A program made the translations under genes and the position numbers. 32,903 nt of DNA. Origin: a virus. The notes beneath the pieces were generated by a model. The model searched no databases, was not told the DNA's origin, and saw only the letters and a list, made by a program, of their open reading frames with translations. Positions within the stretch are counted from its first letter, which is position 1; every line of letters starts with the position of its first letter. The stretch lies in IMG/VR virus record IMGVR_UViG_3300005827_000051, positions 1-32,903 of that record; one strand, 5' to 3'. Positions 1 through 9,171 of the stretch are shown piece by piece.

Positions 1-120
1 CGATAAATGCAGTTCGCTCCATTTTACCTCGCTGCGTCTTTGACAAGGTTAAATGTGAGAGAGGTATTGATGCCATTGCGCAATATCGTCGCAAATGGGA
101 TGATGAGCGAAAAGTTTATC
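1..120. repeat. Terminal direct repeat, read as a circular-assembly overlap (identical to 32784..32903)
   Basis: I compared the two 120-nt strings end to end and they are identical. The offset is 32,783 bp. The repeat lies inside the terL reading frame, which stays in frame across it. Confidence 0.97.
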
Positions 121-254
121 AAGATAGGCCATTACATGACTGGACAAGTCATGCTGTGGATGCGTTTGATGGAATGGCACGGTCTGTTAATAAGATAATA
201 AATAATGACGAGTGGAGTAAGCCGCTCAACTATCCAAAAGTAAGGTACGCATAA
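1..254 (+). CDS. terL: Terminase large subunit, C-terminal segment. It continues 31712..32903 across the circular junction; the unique part is 121..254.
   Basis: Codons in phase 3,6,9... continue the frame of 31712..32903 (...AINAVRSILPRCVFDKVKCERGIDAIAQYRRKWDDERKVYQDRPLHDWTSHAVDAFDGMARSV...) to TAA at 252-254. The joined length is 1326 nt, exactly 442 codons. The listed ORF 7..198 is a different frame. Confidence 0.85.
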   Translation, partial: INAVRSILPRCVFDKVKCERGIDAIAQYRRKWDDERKVYQDRPLHDWTSHAVDAFDGMARSVNKIINNDEWSKPLNYPKVRYA

Positions 255-255
255 C

Positions 256-2247
256 GTGAAAATAACGGACGATCAAGTCAAAGTAATTACTGATTTTGCC
301 ATTGAGGATTCCATTGCGTATATGGGAGGAAAACTATCTAATGAACGAGCAAAGGCAGAATATTATTATCTTGGTGAGCCGCGGGATGATTTAATTCCTC
401 CAGAAAATGACACACGTTCTAAATTCATTTCTATGGATGTCGCCGACACCATCGAATGGATGTTACCGGCATTAATAAAGATATTTACTGCTAGCGATAA
501 TGTGGTTGAGTTTTCTCCTCAAGGACCAGGAGATGAAGATAAGGCTAAGCAAGCAACAGATTATATAAACTACATATTTTATCGCAAAAATCCTGGGTTT
601 AATATTCTCTATACTTGGTTTAAAGACGCGCTCTTGCAAAAGGTTGGTATATTAAAGGTATTTTGGGATAATGAGAAAGAAGAAGCAAGAGAAGAATACC
701 ATGGTATTTCAGATCAAGAAATGGCTATGTTGCTTGAAGACGATGGCGTTGAACCTATTCAGCATTCGGCCAGTATAAATGATGATGGCATATCTGAATC
801 TCACGATATTGTCGTTAAAAACAATCGTAACAAAGGACGTCTTCGCGTTGAGCCGGTTCCTCCTGAAGAGTTTTTGATTGATCGTCGAGCAAAGTCAATT
901 GCTGACGCTAGTTTTGTTGGACACAAACTGATAAAAACATTAAGTGAGCTGAAAGCGTCTGGCTATAAAAATGTTAACAGCATAACAAGTTACGACGATG
1001 CTTATGCCAATCAAGAAGCGATTGCTCGCAATTCAAAAGATGAGGCTGGACCAATCACTTATAATGACTCAGATAATGACCCATCTCAACGGGTCGTCTC
1101 TCTTATTGAGTGCTACATAAAGATAGATTATAACGGAGACGGAATCGCCGAATGGCGGAAGATTGTCCGTGCCGGTAATGCCATATTGGAAAATGTGGAA
1201 TGCGACGGGCCGCCATTCGTCTCTATTACACCTATCCCGCTTCCTCACCGCTTCTTTGGGTTATCTGTTGCCGATCTTACTTTAAGCTCGCAGAGAATAA
1301 AGACAAATATCAGCCGAGCAATTCTAGATGGATTGCAGTACAACTTGAATTCTCGTGTTTATGCCGTGAAAAATCAGGTTGTTATAGAAGATTTGTTAAC
1401 TAGCCGTCCAGGTGGAATTGTACGGGTTGATAATCCGCTTGCTGTTGGGTCATTGCAAGAAGGTAAAGGAGATATCGCTGCCGGTCTATCTGTTATGGAA
1501 TACATGGAGACAGCGAAAGAAAACAGAACAGGTTGGACGCGTTATTCGCAAGGGACATCGGCAGATGCGCTTAATCAAACTGCCACAGGCGTTAATATTA
1601 TCACTAACAGGAGTGATATGCGCGTCGAGCTGATTGCTAGGGTATTTGCAGAGACTGGCGTCAAAGATTTGTTCTTGTTAATACTTAAATTAATCACTCA
1701 ACATCAAGATAGAGCCGCCACCATTAGATTAAATGGTCAATGGATAGATATTGACCCTAGAGAATGGGAGAACCAATTTGATCTTGTTGTCAATGTCGGT
1801 CTTGGTACTGGAAATAAAGATCAGATAGCTAATCATATAATGCAATTGCTTCAGGTGCAAAAGGAAGTTTTCCCTCTTGGCATTGTGTCTCCTCAGAATC
1901 TTTTTAATACCATCTCTAAGCTGGCAGAAAATTTAGGCCTCAAGCAGCCTGACATTTATTTGACTGACCCATCGTCACAACAGCAACGAGTGGAACAACA
2001 GGAACAAGCGCCTGACCCAAAGTTATTGGAGCAACAAGCAAAACAACAATACGATATGCAAAAGCTAGAGCTTGAAAAGCAAAAAGCAATAGCTCAGCTT
2101 GAATTGGAAAAAGAGAAGATTGAACTAGATAGAGAAAAATTTCTCTCTCAAATGGCATTAGAAAGAGAAAAATTAGATTTAGAGCGTGAAAAAATGAGAT
2201 TTGATGTCATGCTTGATAGAGAAAACATTTTAGCAAATCTCGAATGA
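256..2247 (+). CDS. Portal protein
   Basis: 663-aa ORF starting (GTG 256) one base after the terL stop. Size and position are typical of a portal. The C-terminal ~90 aa form a Q/E/K-rich coiled coil (QQQRVEQQEQ...LELEKQKAIAQLELEKEKIELDREK), reminiscent of P22-type portal barrel extensions. The start codon is uncertain. Confidence 0.8.
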   Translation: MKITDDQVKVITDFAIEDSIAYMGGKLSNERAKAEYYYLGEPRDDLIPPENDTRSKFISMDVADTIEWMLPALIKIFTASDNVVEFSPQGPGDEDKAKQATDYINYIFYRKNPGFNILYTWFKDALLQKVGILKVFWDNEKEEAREEYHGISDQEMAMLLEDDGVEPIQHSASINDDGISESHDIVVKNNRNKGRLRVEPVPPEEFLIDRRAKSIADASFVGHKLIKTLSELKASGYKNVNSITSYDDAYANQEAIARNSKDEAGPITYNDSDNDPSQRVVSLIECYIKIDYNGDGIAEWRKIVRAGNAILENVECDGPPFVSITPIPLPHRFFGLSVADLTLSSQRIKTNISRAILDGLQYNLNSRVYAVKNQVVIEDLLTSRPGGIVRVDNPLAVGSLQEGKGDIAAGLSVMEYMETAKENRTGWTRYSQGTSADALNQTATGVNIITNRSDMRVELIARVFAETGVKDLFLLILKLITQHQDRAATIRLNGQWIDIDPREWENQFDLVVNVGLGTGNKDQIANHIMQLLQVQKEVFPLGIVSPQNLFNTISKLAENLGLKQPDIYLTDPSSQQQRVEQQEQAPDPKLLEQQAKQQYDMQKLELEKQKAIAQLELEKEKIELDREKFLSQMALEREKLDLEREKMRFDVMLDRENILANLE

Positions 2248-2552
2248 GAATCACAATGGATGAAACAGATACTTTAGAAGTAGAAATTGCCCGCGCAGAA
2301 GACGTCAAGAAGATTGTTGAAAACGTGTATTTTCAACAGGCTTTTGATCAAATTCGTGAAGGGTTTATGGATCAATGGAACCAGTCTGATAAACAAGATA
2401 GAGAAGGAAGAGAAAGAATATGGCTAGCAGTAAAATTGCTGCAAAACATCAAAGCGGCTCTGATTCAGCACATAGAAACGGGAGAAATGGCGAAGATGCA
2501 ACTAGCGCAGAAACAGTCCGCTTTGCAGAAAATGAAGAATGTGTTCAGGTAG
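2244..2552 (+). CDS. Hypothetical head-module protein (102 aa)
   Basis: ATGA start/stop overlap with the portal gene. Helical, charged composition. No family recognised. Confidence 0.6.
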   Translation: MRITMDETDTLEVEIARAEDVKKIVENVYFQQAFDQIREGFMDQWNQSDKQDREGRERIWLAVKLLQNIKAALIQHIETGEMAKMQLAQKQSALQKMKNVFR

Positions 2553-2575
2553 AAAGAAAAAAAGAGAGTGCCGGA

Positions 2576-3007
2576 ATGCTTGGGACAATCAGCGATATGA
2601 TTTACGGTGAACAAAAAGAAAAAGTGACTATTTGTACAAAAAAAGAAACACCTATCACTTGGGAAACTTATTTCCCATTTATTAGAGAGTATCTGGCTAA
2701 GATATATGATTGTTTTTTGGACGATAAAAGCGATGTAGGTGTAAAATATGGCGGTGAAAAAGTTAGTATGGTATTCGTTCCTTTTAAATACTTTCCAGCT
2801 GATGTTTTTACCTTTGGCACTTGTAGCTGCCATATCAGGACATGGGATTGGCTTTTTGATAGCTTTGGAATAAAATCACCGTTTGAAACACAAATAGGAT
2901 TTAGAACAAGCTCCATTCTTAATGTCCATGTGTATGATATTGTCGGCGAGTGTCTTGTTCCTAAAGAAAGCTTTAATCTTAACGAAGTAACAACACGGTT
3001 TAAATAA
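2576..3007 (+). CDS. Hypothetical protein (143 aa), AT-rich insert between portal-associated and scaffold genes
   Basis: Internal ATG 2576 of the listed ORF 2420..3007, preceded by a purine-rich stretch (aaagagagtgccgga). Globular-looking composition (MLGTISDMIYGEQKEK...WETYFPFIREYLAKIYD...). It ends 1 nt before the scaffold ATG. Competing minus-strand ORFs look like low-complexity artefacts. Confidence 0.5.
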   Translation: MLGTISDMIYGEQKEKVTICTKKETPITWETYFPFIREYLAKIYDCFLDDKSDVGVKYGGEKVSMVFVPFKYFPADVFTFGTCSCHIRTWDWLFDSFGIKSPFETQIGFRTSSILNVHVYDIVGECLVPKESFNLNEVTTRFK

Positions 3008-3008
3008 A

Positions 3009-3977
3009 ATGATTGAAGATAGTATTGATAATAGTGAGCATGTAGGAGAAGAAACTCCTAATAGTGATAGTATTATTAATACTATCTCTGATGTTTTGAG
3101 AGATAACAAAGAAAGTGTTGAGCCAGACGAAACAGGAACGCGCGAAGAGGGAGCCGAGAATCACGACAGTGAGGAAGGCCAACCTGAAGTAGCCACACAA
3201 GACACAGACCCTGAGGAAACCCCTGAGCCGCTGCTGACTGTAAAGTTTAATGGCGAAGAAAGACAGGTTAAGCAAAGCGAGCTAATCGCGCATTATCAGA
3301 AGAGCCAAGGCGTGGCTCCTAAATTTGAGGAACTTGCCGCTCAACGACATGCGGCCGAAGCCGAAAGAGCTCAACTTGCTCAGGCAATCGAAGCTTATCA
3401 AAATCAGCTGCAAAATGTGATGCAGTCTTTGCAGCCAGATTGGGGGAAGCTTGCCAGTGATGACCCTGCTGAATATGTTAGGCAGCGTCATATCTATGAA
3501 AACTGGCAAAACCAATTATATGAAGCAGAACAGACTAAAGCGTCTCTTGCTGAGCAGCAAAAATTGGAGTGGCAGCAAGGTATGCAGCAGCGTATTGCTG
3601 ACGAGCATAACGCGCTGCTTTCTGCCATACCAGAGTGGAAAGACGAATCCAAAGCTAAGGAAGAGCAGAGTTCTATCCGTAGCTATCTGAGATCACTTGG
3701 CTATCCTGATGACACCATAGGGAATATTGCTGACCACAGAGAAGTTTTGCTCGCCAGGAAAGCCATGATGTACGACAACATGGTGAAAGAGAAATCTGTT
3801 GCTGCCAAAAATTTGGCGAAGAAAATCGAGAAGTTGCCCCCTGTCAAGGTAGAAAAGCCTGGCAGCGCTGGTGATTTATCAAAGGATAGCACATCACAAT
3901 CCATGCGCCGCTTGACTGAAACAGGAAGCGTGAACGATGCGGCGAGGGTCTTGTTTGATATGTTTAACAAAAGTTAA
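3009..3977 (+). CDS. Scaffolding protein (putative)
   Basis: 322 aa located between portal and capsid genes. Highly acidic, unstructured-looking N-terminus followed by long Q/E/A-rich helices (AERAQLAQAIEAYQNQLQNVMQSLQ...). Call is by position and composition. Confidence 0.65.
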   Translation: MIEDSIDNSEHVGEETPNSDSIINTISDVLRDNKESVEPDETGTREEGAENHDSEEGQPEVATQDTDPEETPEPLLTVKFNGEERQVKQSELIAHYQKSQGVAPKFEELAAQRHAAEAERAQLAQAIEAYQNQLQNVMQSLQPDWGKLASDDPAEYVRQRHIYENWQNQLYEAEQTKASLAEQQKLEWQQGMQQRIADEHNALLSAIPEWKDESKAKEEQSSIRSYLRSLGYPDDTIGNIADHREVLLARKAMMYDNMVKEKSVAAKNLAKKIEKLPPVKVEKPGSAGDLSKDSTSQSMRRLTETGSVNDAARVLFDMFNKS

Positions 3978-3992
3978 TAGCGAGATGATTTC

Positions 3993-4916
3993 ATGACAGT
4001 CCCTACTAATACATTTATCACGACAAGCGGCGTGATTAACCGCGAAGATCTCAGCAATATTGTCTATCGTATTTCTCCCACAGAGACTCCGTTTCTTAGT
4101 CGTTGCGCGAAAGCAAAAGCGACTAATGTGCTTCACGAATGGACAACGGACACTTTAGCGGCGGCGGCAAATAACGCTAACGTTGAAGGAGACAATAGTA
4201 CCGCTGGGGCGATAAGCCCAGGTGTCCGTCTTAACAATAAAGCACAGATCAGCAAGAAAGTTGTTAGTATTTCTGGCACTCAGCAGCGCGTAACCAGCGC
4301 AGGTAATCTTTATACGATGTCAACTCAAATGGCAAAAAGCATGCTTGAGCTGAAACGTGATATGGAGTTTGCGCTGACACAGAACACCCAAATTGGTTCT
4401 GGCACTCGACAAACTCGAGGACTAGAAGGGTGGATTGCTACCAACAACAATATGGGCGCTGGCGGGGCAGCGCCAAACCCGATTACCGACACGGCTCCTA
4501 CGGATGGAACAGCTCGCACATTCACCGAGACTATGCTTAAGGATGTTATCCAGAAATGTTGGGTGGCTGGCGGAAGTCCTAATGTGATTATGTGCGGAGG
4601 GCTTCAAAAACAAGCTTTTATCACCTTCAACTCAGGCGGAACTCGGTTCACGGATGCGCCTACTAAGAAATGGGTGAGCGCTATTGATGTGTACGTGAGC
4701 GATTTCGGCACCTTGGAAGTCATTCCTAACAGATTCCAGCGCGCTCGCACGGCGTTTATTTTAGAAATGGACAAATGGGCTGTGGCGTATCTTCGTTCGT
4801 TTGAAGTTGCGGATTTAGCTAAAACAGGAGATTCTGACGCCAAACAAATCGTGGTTGAGTACACGCTTGAGGCGCGTAATGAGGCTTCGTCTGGAGCCGT
4901 TAGAGATTTGTCGTAA
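3993..4916 (+). CDS. Major capsid protein (HK97-fold, DUF5309-like family)
   Basis: 307 aa. The N-terminal pattern REDLSNIVYRISPTETPFLSRC...ATNVLHEWTTDTL is what I recall for the DUF5309 / SU10-type capsid family. It follows the scaffold gene and is followed by a hairpin terminator. Confidence 0.85.
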   Translation: MTVPTNTFITTSGVINREDLSNIVYRISPTETPFLSRCAKAKATNVLHEWTTDTLAAAANNANVEGDNSTAGAISPGVRLNNKAQISKKVVSISGTQQRVTSAGNLYTMSTQMAKSMLELKRDMEFALTQNTQIGSGTRQTRGLEGWIATNNNMGAGGAAPNPITDTAPTDGTARTFTETMLKDVIQKCWVAGGSPNVIMCGGLQKQAFITFNSGGTRFTDAPTKKWVSAIDVYVSDFGTLEVIPNRFQRARTAFILEMDKWAVAYLRSFEVADLAKTGDSDAKQIVVEYTLEARNEASSGAVRDLS

Positions 4917-4938
4917 TAATAAATTATTATTTAATATG

Positions 4939-4968
4939 CTCCCCAAGGTATTATCTTTGGGGAGTTTA
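4939..4968 (+). terminator. Rho-independent terminator-like hairpin after the capsid gene
   Basis: A 10-bp stem, ctccccaagg (4939-4948) / cctttggggag region (4955-4964, one G-U pair), a 6-nt loop, then TTT. The U-tract is short. Confidence 0.55.
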
Positions 4969-4981
4969 AAAGGATTTTAAA

Positions 4982-5308
4982 ATGGCTACTTTAGACGCTA
5001 TTACAGTTTGCAATGGTAATATGTTAACTGGTACGGTTAATGCCGGTTCTGCTAAAGAATTAGCACCAGTTAGCCCAGAAACAATTTTATTGAAAAATGC
5101 AGCTGGAGATACTTCTTTATATTGCAGATTTTCAGCTACTGGAATACTTTTGGCTTCTTTAGATATTGGAACTGCAGCCGCCGGAACTTTTGTAGTGATG
5201 CCAAACGAGAGTGTTAATGTATATACTAAAGATGTCAATGCGATAGAGCTATCAAACCCAGGAGCATCTACGGTGACTTATTTTATTGTTCCTCTAGATT
5301 GTGATTGA
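4982..5308 (+). CDS. Small virion-module protein, paralog A (possible head decoration protein)
   Basis: 108 aa. Clearly aligned with the next ORF (A..VCN.N.L...P.SP...L...AG....Y.RFS.TG...G.F..MPNES..VYT.....L.N.....Y..PLD.D). Confidence 0.7.
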   Translation: MATLDAITVCNGNMLTGTVNAGSAKELAPVSPETILLKNAAGDTSLYCRFSATGILLASLDIGTAAAGTFVVMPNESVNVYTKDVNAIELSNPGASTVTYFIVPLDCD

Positions 5309-5314
5309 GTATAT

Positions 5315-5665
5315 ATGGCATACTTAAATGCGGCGTCAGTTTGTAATTCAAATATTCTATTTGTTGAATTTATTCATGATGATGATCCAGAATTTAATAT
5401 ATTGCCAGCATCTCCAGACCAAAGCGTTTTAATCAGCGCAGCTGGAACAATTCCTGCTTATTCTCGCTTTTCGTCAACTGGTTTGTGTGATATTACATTG
5501 TGTGATTATAGGGATGGCGGAGGGGATTGGCATGATGCAGGGAATTTCATATTAATGCCAAATGAAAGTTTAGTTGTATACACATTAAATATTAAGGCAT
5601 TAAAATTATTTAATACAAACAATATAGATATGAAAGTTTATATTTCTCCATTGGATACAGATTAA
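5315..5665 (+). CDS. Small virion-module protein, paralog B
   Basis: 116 aa tandem paralog of 4982..5308 (shared motifs VCN, RFSxTG, MPNES.VVYT, PLDxD). Confidence 0.7.
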   Translation: MAYLNAASVCNSNILFVEFIHDDDPEFNILPASPDQSVLISAAGTIPAYSRFSSTGLCDITLCDYRDGGGDWHDAGNFILMPNESLVVYTLNIKALKLFNTNNIDMKVYISPLDTD

Positions 5666-5958
5666 TGTCTTCTCTAGAAACAAAAATACATGGCCTTGCT
5701 GATGGAGGTATTGTTTTTGAGAGCACTCAAGATTGTAATCCTGTTATAGAAGATATATTAGAATTAAGAGAAGATAAATCAAATTATTCCGGCAAGGATA
5801 TGCATCACGTAGCTAGAATTCCTTTTGTTATTATTGAACAGTATCTCAATAACAATAATATTCAATACGAAGAATTTATGCGTGATAAAACACATATAAA
5901 AAATATACTTAATGACCCAGCGCTATCGGCATTTAGAATTTGGCAAGGAAGAGTATGA
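5665..5958 (+). CDS. Hypothetical virion-module protein (97 aa)
   Basis: Start overlaps the stop of the previous ORF, and there is an ATGA overlap with the next gene. No family recognised. Confidence 0.6.
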   Translation: MSSLETKIHGLADGGIVFESTQDCNPVIEDILELREDKSNYSGKDMHHVARIPFVIIEQYLNNNNIQYEEFMRDKTHIKNILNDPALSAFRIWQGRV

Positions 5959-6587
5959 GCATATCGAATTATCCAGAGTTGAAATCGGCTATATCTAACT
6001 GGTTAGCCAGAGGGGATCTGGATAATATTGTCAGCGATCTTGTCACGCTAGCTGAGGCGCGGATAAACAATGATGTTCGTACCAGGCAAATGGAAGCGAT
6101 CGTCACTATTGATCCGGTTTCTTTGTCCCCCATAGAAAGCGCGTTAGAAATCCCTGATAATTTTATGGAGCTAAAGCAAATCATTGTCACCAGCAATGAT
6201 ATGGAATGCTTGTTGAAATATATCGACGAGTCAAGTGCTGCGCTGTATTTGAATAATACGAGTGTTCCTATCTTTTTTTCCAGAAGAGGAGACTATTTTC
6301 TATTAGTTCCGAATCCAGATTCGGCAGAATATACATATTCTTTGTATTACTATGCCAGAATACCCGCTTTATCGGATAATAATGTCACTAACTGGTTGTT
6401 AACTAACAACCCTAATATTTATCTTTATGCTAGCTTGTTAGAAGCCTCCCCATATTTAAAGGATGATGCTCGTATTGATGTATGGCTAACGGCTTACATC
6501 AATGCTGTGGAAAAATTAAACGCAGCAGATCTAAATAGTAAATACCCTTCTTCTGATCTCAGAATACGAGGGGATGTGATATTTTGA
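5955..6587 (+). CDS. Head-tail adaptor-like protein (putative)
   Basis: ATG 5955 overlaps the upstream TGA (ATGA). The N-terminus MSISNYPELKSAISNWLARGDLDNIVSDLVTLAEARINNDVR matches a pattern I recall from adaptor or head-completion proteins of BPP-1/F116-like podoviruses. Call is from memory only. Confidence 0.55.
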   Translation: MSISNYPELKSAISNWLARGDLDNIVSDLVTLAEARINNDVRTRQMEAIVTIDPVSLSPIESALEIPDNFMELKQIIVTSNDMECLLKYIDESSAALYLNNTSVPIFFSRRGDYFLLVPNPDSAEYTYSLYYYARIPALSDNNVTNWLLTNNPNIYLYASLLEASPYLKDDARIDVWLTAYINAVEKLNAADLNSKYPSSDLRIRGDVIF

Positions 6588-8020
6588 TACCCTTGATCGG
6601 ATTTGCTCCAGATATGGATCCTATGACCCCTGGCGTCCTAACGGATTGTCACAATATCATTCCTACTCTTAACGGATTTAAATCTGGACCTTCTCTATCG
6701 ACAGTTGGGATTCCTTCGTTGTCATTCCCCTGTATTGGCGCCTCTCTTGTCGTGCAACTAGATAATGAGAGAAGGATATTCGCTGGCACTAGCACGAGAA
6801 TATACGAGCTGACTGGAACGACATGGACGAATAGGTCGAAGAGTGGTGGCTATACTCCAGGAGCCGAAAATAGATGGCGGTTTTGCCAGTTTGGCAATGT
6901 GACGATCGCCACAAATCAAACCGACAAGATACAATTCTTACAGGCCGGGGGTGGGGCGTTTGCGGATATCGCCGACGCGCCTATTGCCAAGATCGTCTTA
7001 GTTGCCAGTGGATTTGTCATGGCGTTTTCGATTGGTTCGGATACGCAAAGCTGGGCGTGTTCTGGCCTGTATAACTATAACACGTGGACGCCGAGTCAAG
7101 CGACGCAAGCGGCAACAGGACAAATTGTTGATTCCCCCGGTGACATTAGAGCAGCAAAAGCGTTAGGCAATAGCGTGGTCGTCTACAAAGAACGATCTAT
7201 GTACCTTGGAACCTATGTCGGCCCTCCTGTTATATGGCAATGGGAACAAATATCCTCTGATATAGGAGCAGTCGGACCGGAGGCCGTGGTTAATATTGGA
7301 ACAGAGCATATTTTTATTGGCTCTGATGATTTCTGGGTGTTTGATGGTTCTCGGCCGGTTGCTTTTAATCAGCCTATTAAAAACTGGTTTTTTAGTAATA
7401 GCAGTCGGTTATATAGATCAAGAGCAAATGGTTATTATGATAGATTTAATAATCTAATCTATTTTTATTATTGCTCAGTAGATTCTGGAGGCGATTTAGA
7501 TTCGTGCATTGTTTACAACACAAAAACTAAGTTATGGGGTCGATCTGATAGAAAGATACAAGCACCGTTAGAGTTCACGACGATAGGGATGATTTATGAT
7601 GAATTGGGAGATGTCTATAATGAGTATGATGATATCCCTAATTTCGCTTATGATAGTGATAGATGGTATTTTGGTGGATATACGGCAGCGATATTTGACG
7701 ATCAAAACCAATTAATGTTTTTGGATGGGATAGGTTCTGATTCTTATATAGAGACATGGGATATCGGAGATGATAGCCAATATTCTACGCTATTGGAAGT
7801 TCGCCCTAGATTCACCATATACCCTGCAACAGCCTATATGCAGCAACTGTACAAAAACAATTCTGGTTCCGAATTATTTGGCGGTCCTTTTTCTAATTTG
7901 AACGATGGAAAATTCGATACGAGATGGTCGTCCAGATGGCATAAGACTAGGATGTATTTCTCAGGTGATGTCGAGCTGAGTGCGATTAAATTCACGATTT
8001 CTCCTGACGGGAAAAGATAA
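6584..8020 (+). CDS. Virion structural protein (putative tail-tube/nozzle, beta-rich)
   Basis: 478 aa with a TTG start overlapping the upstream stop (TTGA) and GAGGGGA upstream. The N-terminal pattern GFAPDMDPMTPGVLTDCHNIIP is recalled from podovirus structural proteins. W/Y/G-rich, beta-propeller-like composition. Confidence 0.55.
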   Translation: MIPLIGFAPDMDPMTPGVLTDCHNIIPTLNGFKSGPSLSTVGIPSLSFPCIGASLVVQLDNERRIFAGTSTRIYELTGTTWTNRSKSGGYTPGAENRWRFCQFGNVTIATNQTDKIQFLQAGGGAFADIADAPIAKIVLVASGFVMAFSIGSDTQSWACSGLYNYNTWTPSQATQAATGQIVDSPGDIRAAKALGNSVVVYKERSMYLGTYVGPPVIWQWEQISSDIGAVGPEAVVNIGTEHIFIGSDDFWVFDGSRPVAFNQPIKNWFFSNSSRLYRSRANGYYDRFNNLIYFYYCSVDSGGDLDSCIVYNTKTKLWGRSDRKIQAPLEFTTIGMIYDELGDVYNEYDDIPNFAYDSDRWYFGGYTAAIFDDQNQLMFLDGIGSDSYIETWDIGDDSQYSTLLEVRPRFTIYPATAYMQQLYKNNSGSELFGGPFSNLNDGKFDTRWSSRWHKTRMYFSGDVELSAIKFTISPDGKR

Positions 8021-8175
8021 TGAAATCTAATCTAGACCCTAGATTTCCCATTCAAGGGAGCCAAGATTACGACAGAAGAATGTATCTTAGGCTTAATGAA
8101 TTATTCAGAGAAGTATTTAAAGAAATCGATAAATTAGAGACTCGTGTAAAAAATTTAGAGAATAAAAAGCCGTAA
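8020..8175 (+). CDS. Small ORF (51 aa), translationally coupled
   Basis: Not in the supplied track because it is under 60 aa. ATG 8020 shares a base with the upstream TAA (TAATG). Product is MKSNLDPRFPIQGSQDYDRRMYLRLNELFREVFKEIDKLETRVKNLENKKP, ending at TAA 8173-8175. Confidence 0.45.
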   Translation: MKSNLDPRFPIQGSQDYDRRMYLRLNELFREVFKEIDKLETRVKNLENKKP

Positions 8176-8205
8176 TATTATACGTTTTTATCGGAAAGAA
8201 TCATT

Positions 8206-9162
8206 ATGGGACTACTGGGTAGTATTGGAAAGATATTTGGCGGTGGAGGTTCAAATAATTCAACGCAGACCATGGAACAGCGTATGAACCCCACGGCACA
8301 GCGTCTTTACAATCAATATGCGAGCCGCGCTGAACAGCTGTCAAATCAACCATACGCACCTTATAGCGGGCAACGATTTGCGCCGTTCTCAACCGATCAA
8401 AATAACGCCTTTAATATGGCTAGAACCGCTGCGCAAAATGGTATTGGTGATATCAGTGCGGCCAGGGGAAATCTTAACAAAACGTTGCAAGGTGGATTTT
8501 TTAACCAAAATTTTGGCGTTAATCCGTTGCTTGGCATTAACAACCCTTATTTGCAGCAGGCTATTAACTATGCGCATGGGGATGTATCTAGAGAGTTTGA
8601 CAATAGAATTAATCCATCTACCGATGCTACTTTTGCTAGATCAGGCGCTTTTGGCGGATCAGCATGGCGCCAAGCACAAGCTGAGAATGAGCGTATGCGA
8701 GCCCATGAACTAGGCCGCATAAGTAGCGGTATGCGCATGCAAGATTATGGCACACAACAGCAATTGTATGAGAATGCGTTAAATCGCTCTCAGCACGGAT
8801 TTGAATCAGAGCGCGGCAGACAAATGCAAGCGGCGGCTATGGCGCCCCAATTATCTCAGGCAGAGTTTGCGAGAGCGCAAGCGCAGATGGGGTTTGGAGA
8901 CGTTCAGAGACAGCATCAGCAAGCGATGCTCGACCAGATGTATAACGATTGGTTAGAGCAGAGACAATATCCAGAAAGACAGTTAGGACTATTAGGTAAC
9001 GGCATTAGTCTTGGCAATGGCTCGAGTTCGTCTACAGCAACTGGCCCTAGCCAAAAAGGCAGCCCACTGGCAGGAGCAGTCGGTGGCGCGCTCGCTGGCA
9101 GTAATTTTGGCCCATGGGGTGCGGCAATAGGCGGTGGTCTTGGCCTATTAAGCGGAATGTAA
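8206..9162 (+). CDS. Internal virion / ejection-type protein (putative)
   Basis: 318 aa. Q/N/R-rich with a Gly-rich hydrophobic C-terminus (GAVGGALAGSNFGPWGAAIGGGLGLLSGM). First of three consecutive large genes between the tube-like protein and the fibres, the usual podovirus internal-protein position. Confidence 0.55.
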   Translation: MGLLGSIGKIFGGGGSNNSTQTMEQRMNPTAQRLYNQYASRAEQLSNQPYAPYSGQRFAPFSTDQNNAFNMARTAAQNGIGDISAARGNLNKTLQGGFFNQNFGVNPLLGINNPYLQQAINYAHGDVSREFDNRINPSTDATFARSGAFGGSAWRQAQAENERMRAHELGRISSGMRMQDYGTQQQLYENALNRSQHGFESERGRQMQAAAMAPQLSQAEFARAQAQMGFGDVQRQHQQAMLDQMYNDWLEQRQYPERQLGLLGNGISLGNGSSSSTATGPSQKGSPLAGAVGGALAGSNFGPWGAAIGGGLGLLSGM

Positions 9163-9171
9163 GGTGACATT

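Noticed and set aside
7-198. Listed 63-aa + strand ORF at the start of the window
   Set aside because: It is out of frame with, and entirely inside, the C-terminal continuation of terL, which reads cleanly in the phase starting at position 3 to TAA 252-254.
2465-2916. Minus-strand ORFs 2465..2833 and 2668..2916
   Set aside because: Their products are Phe/Ile/Lys/Ser-rich low-complexity sequences typical of AT-rich antisense frames. They overlap each other and the better-looking + strand ORFs, which fit the operon's tight gene packing.
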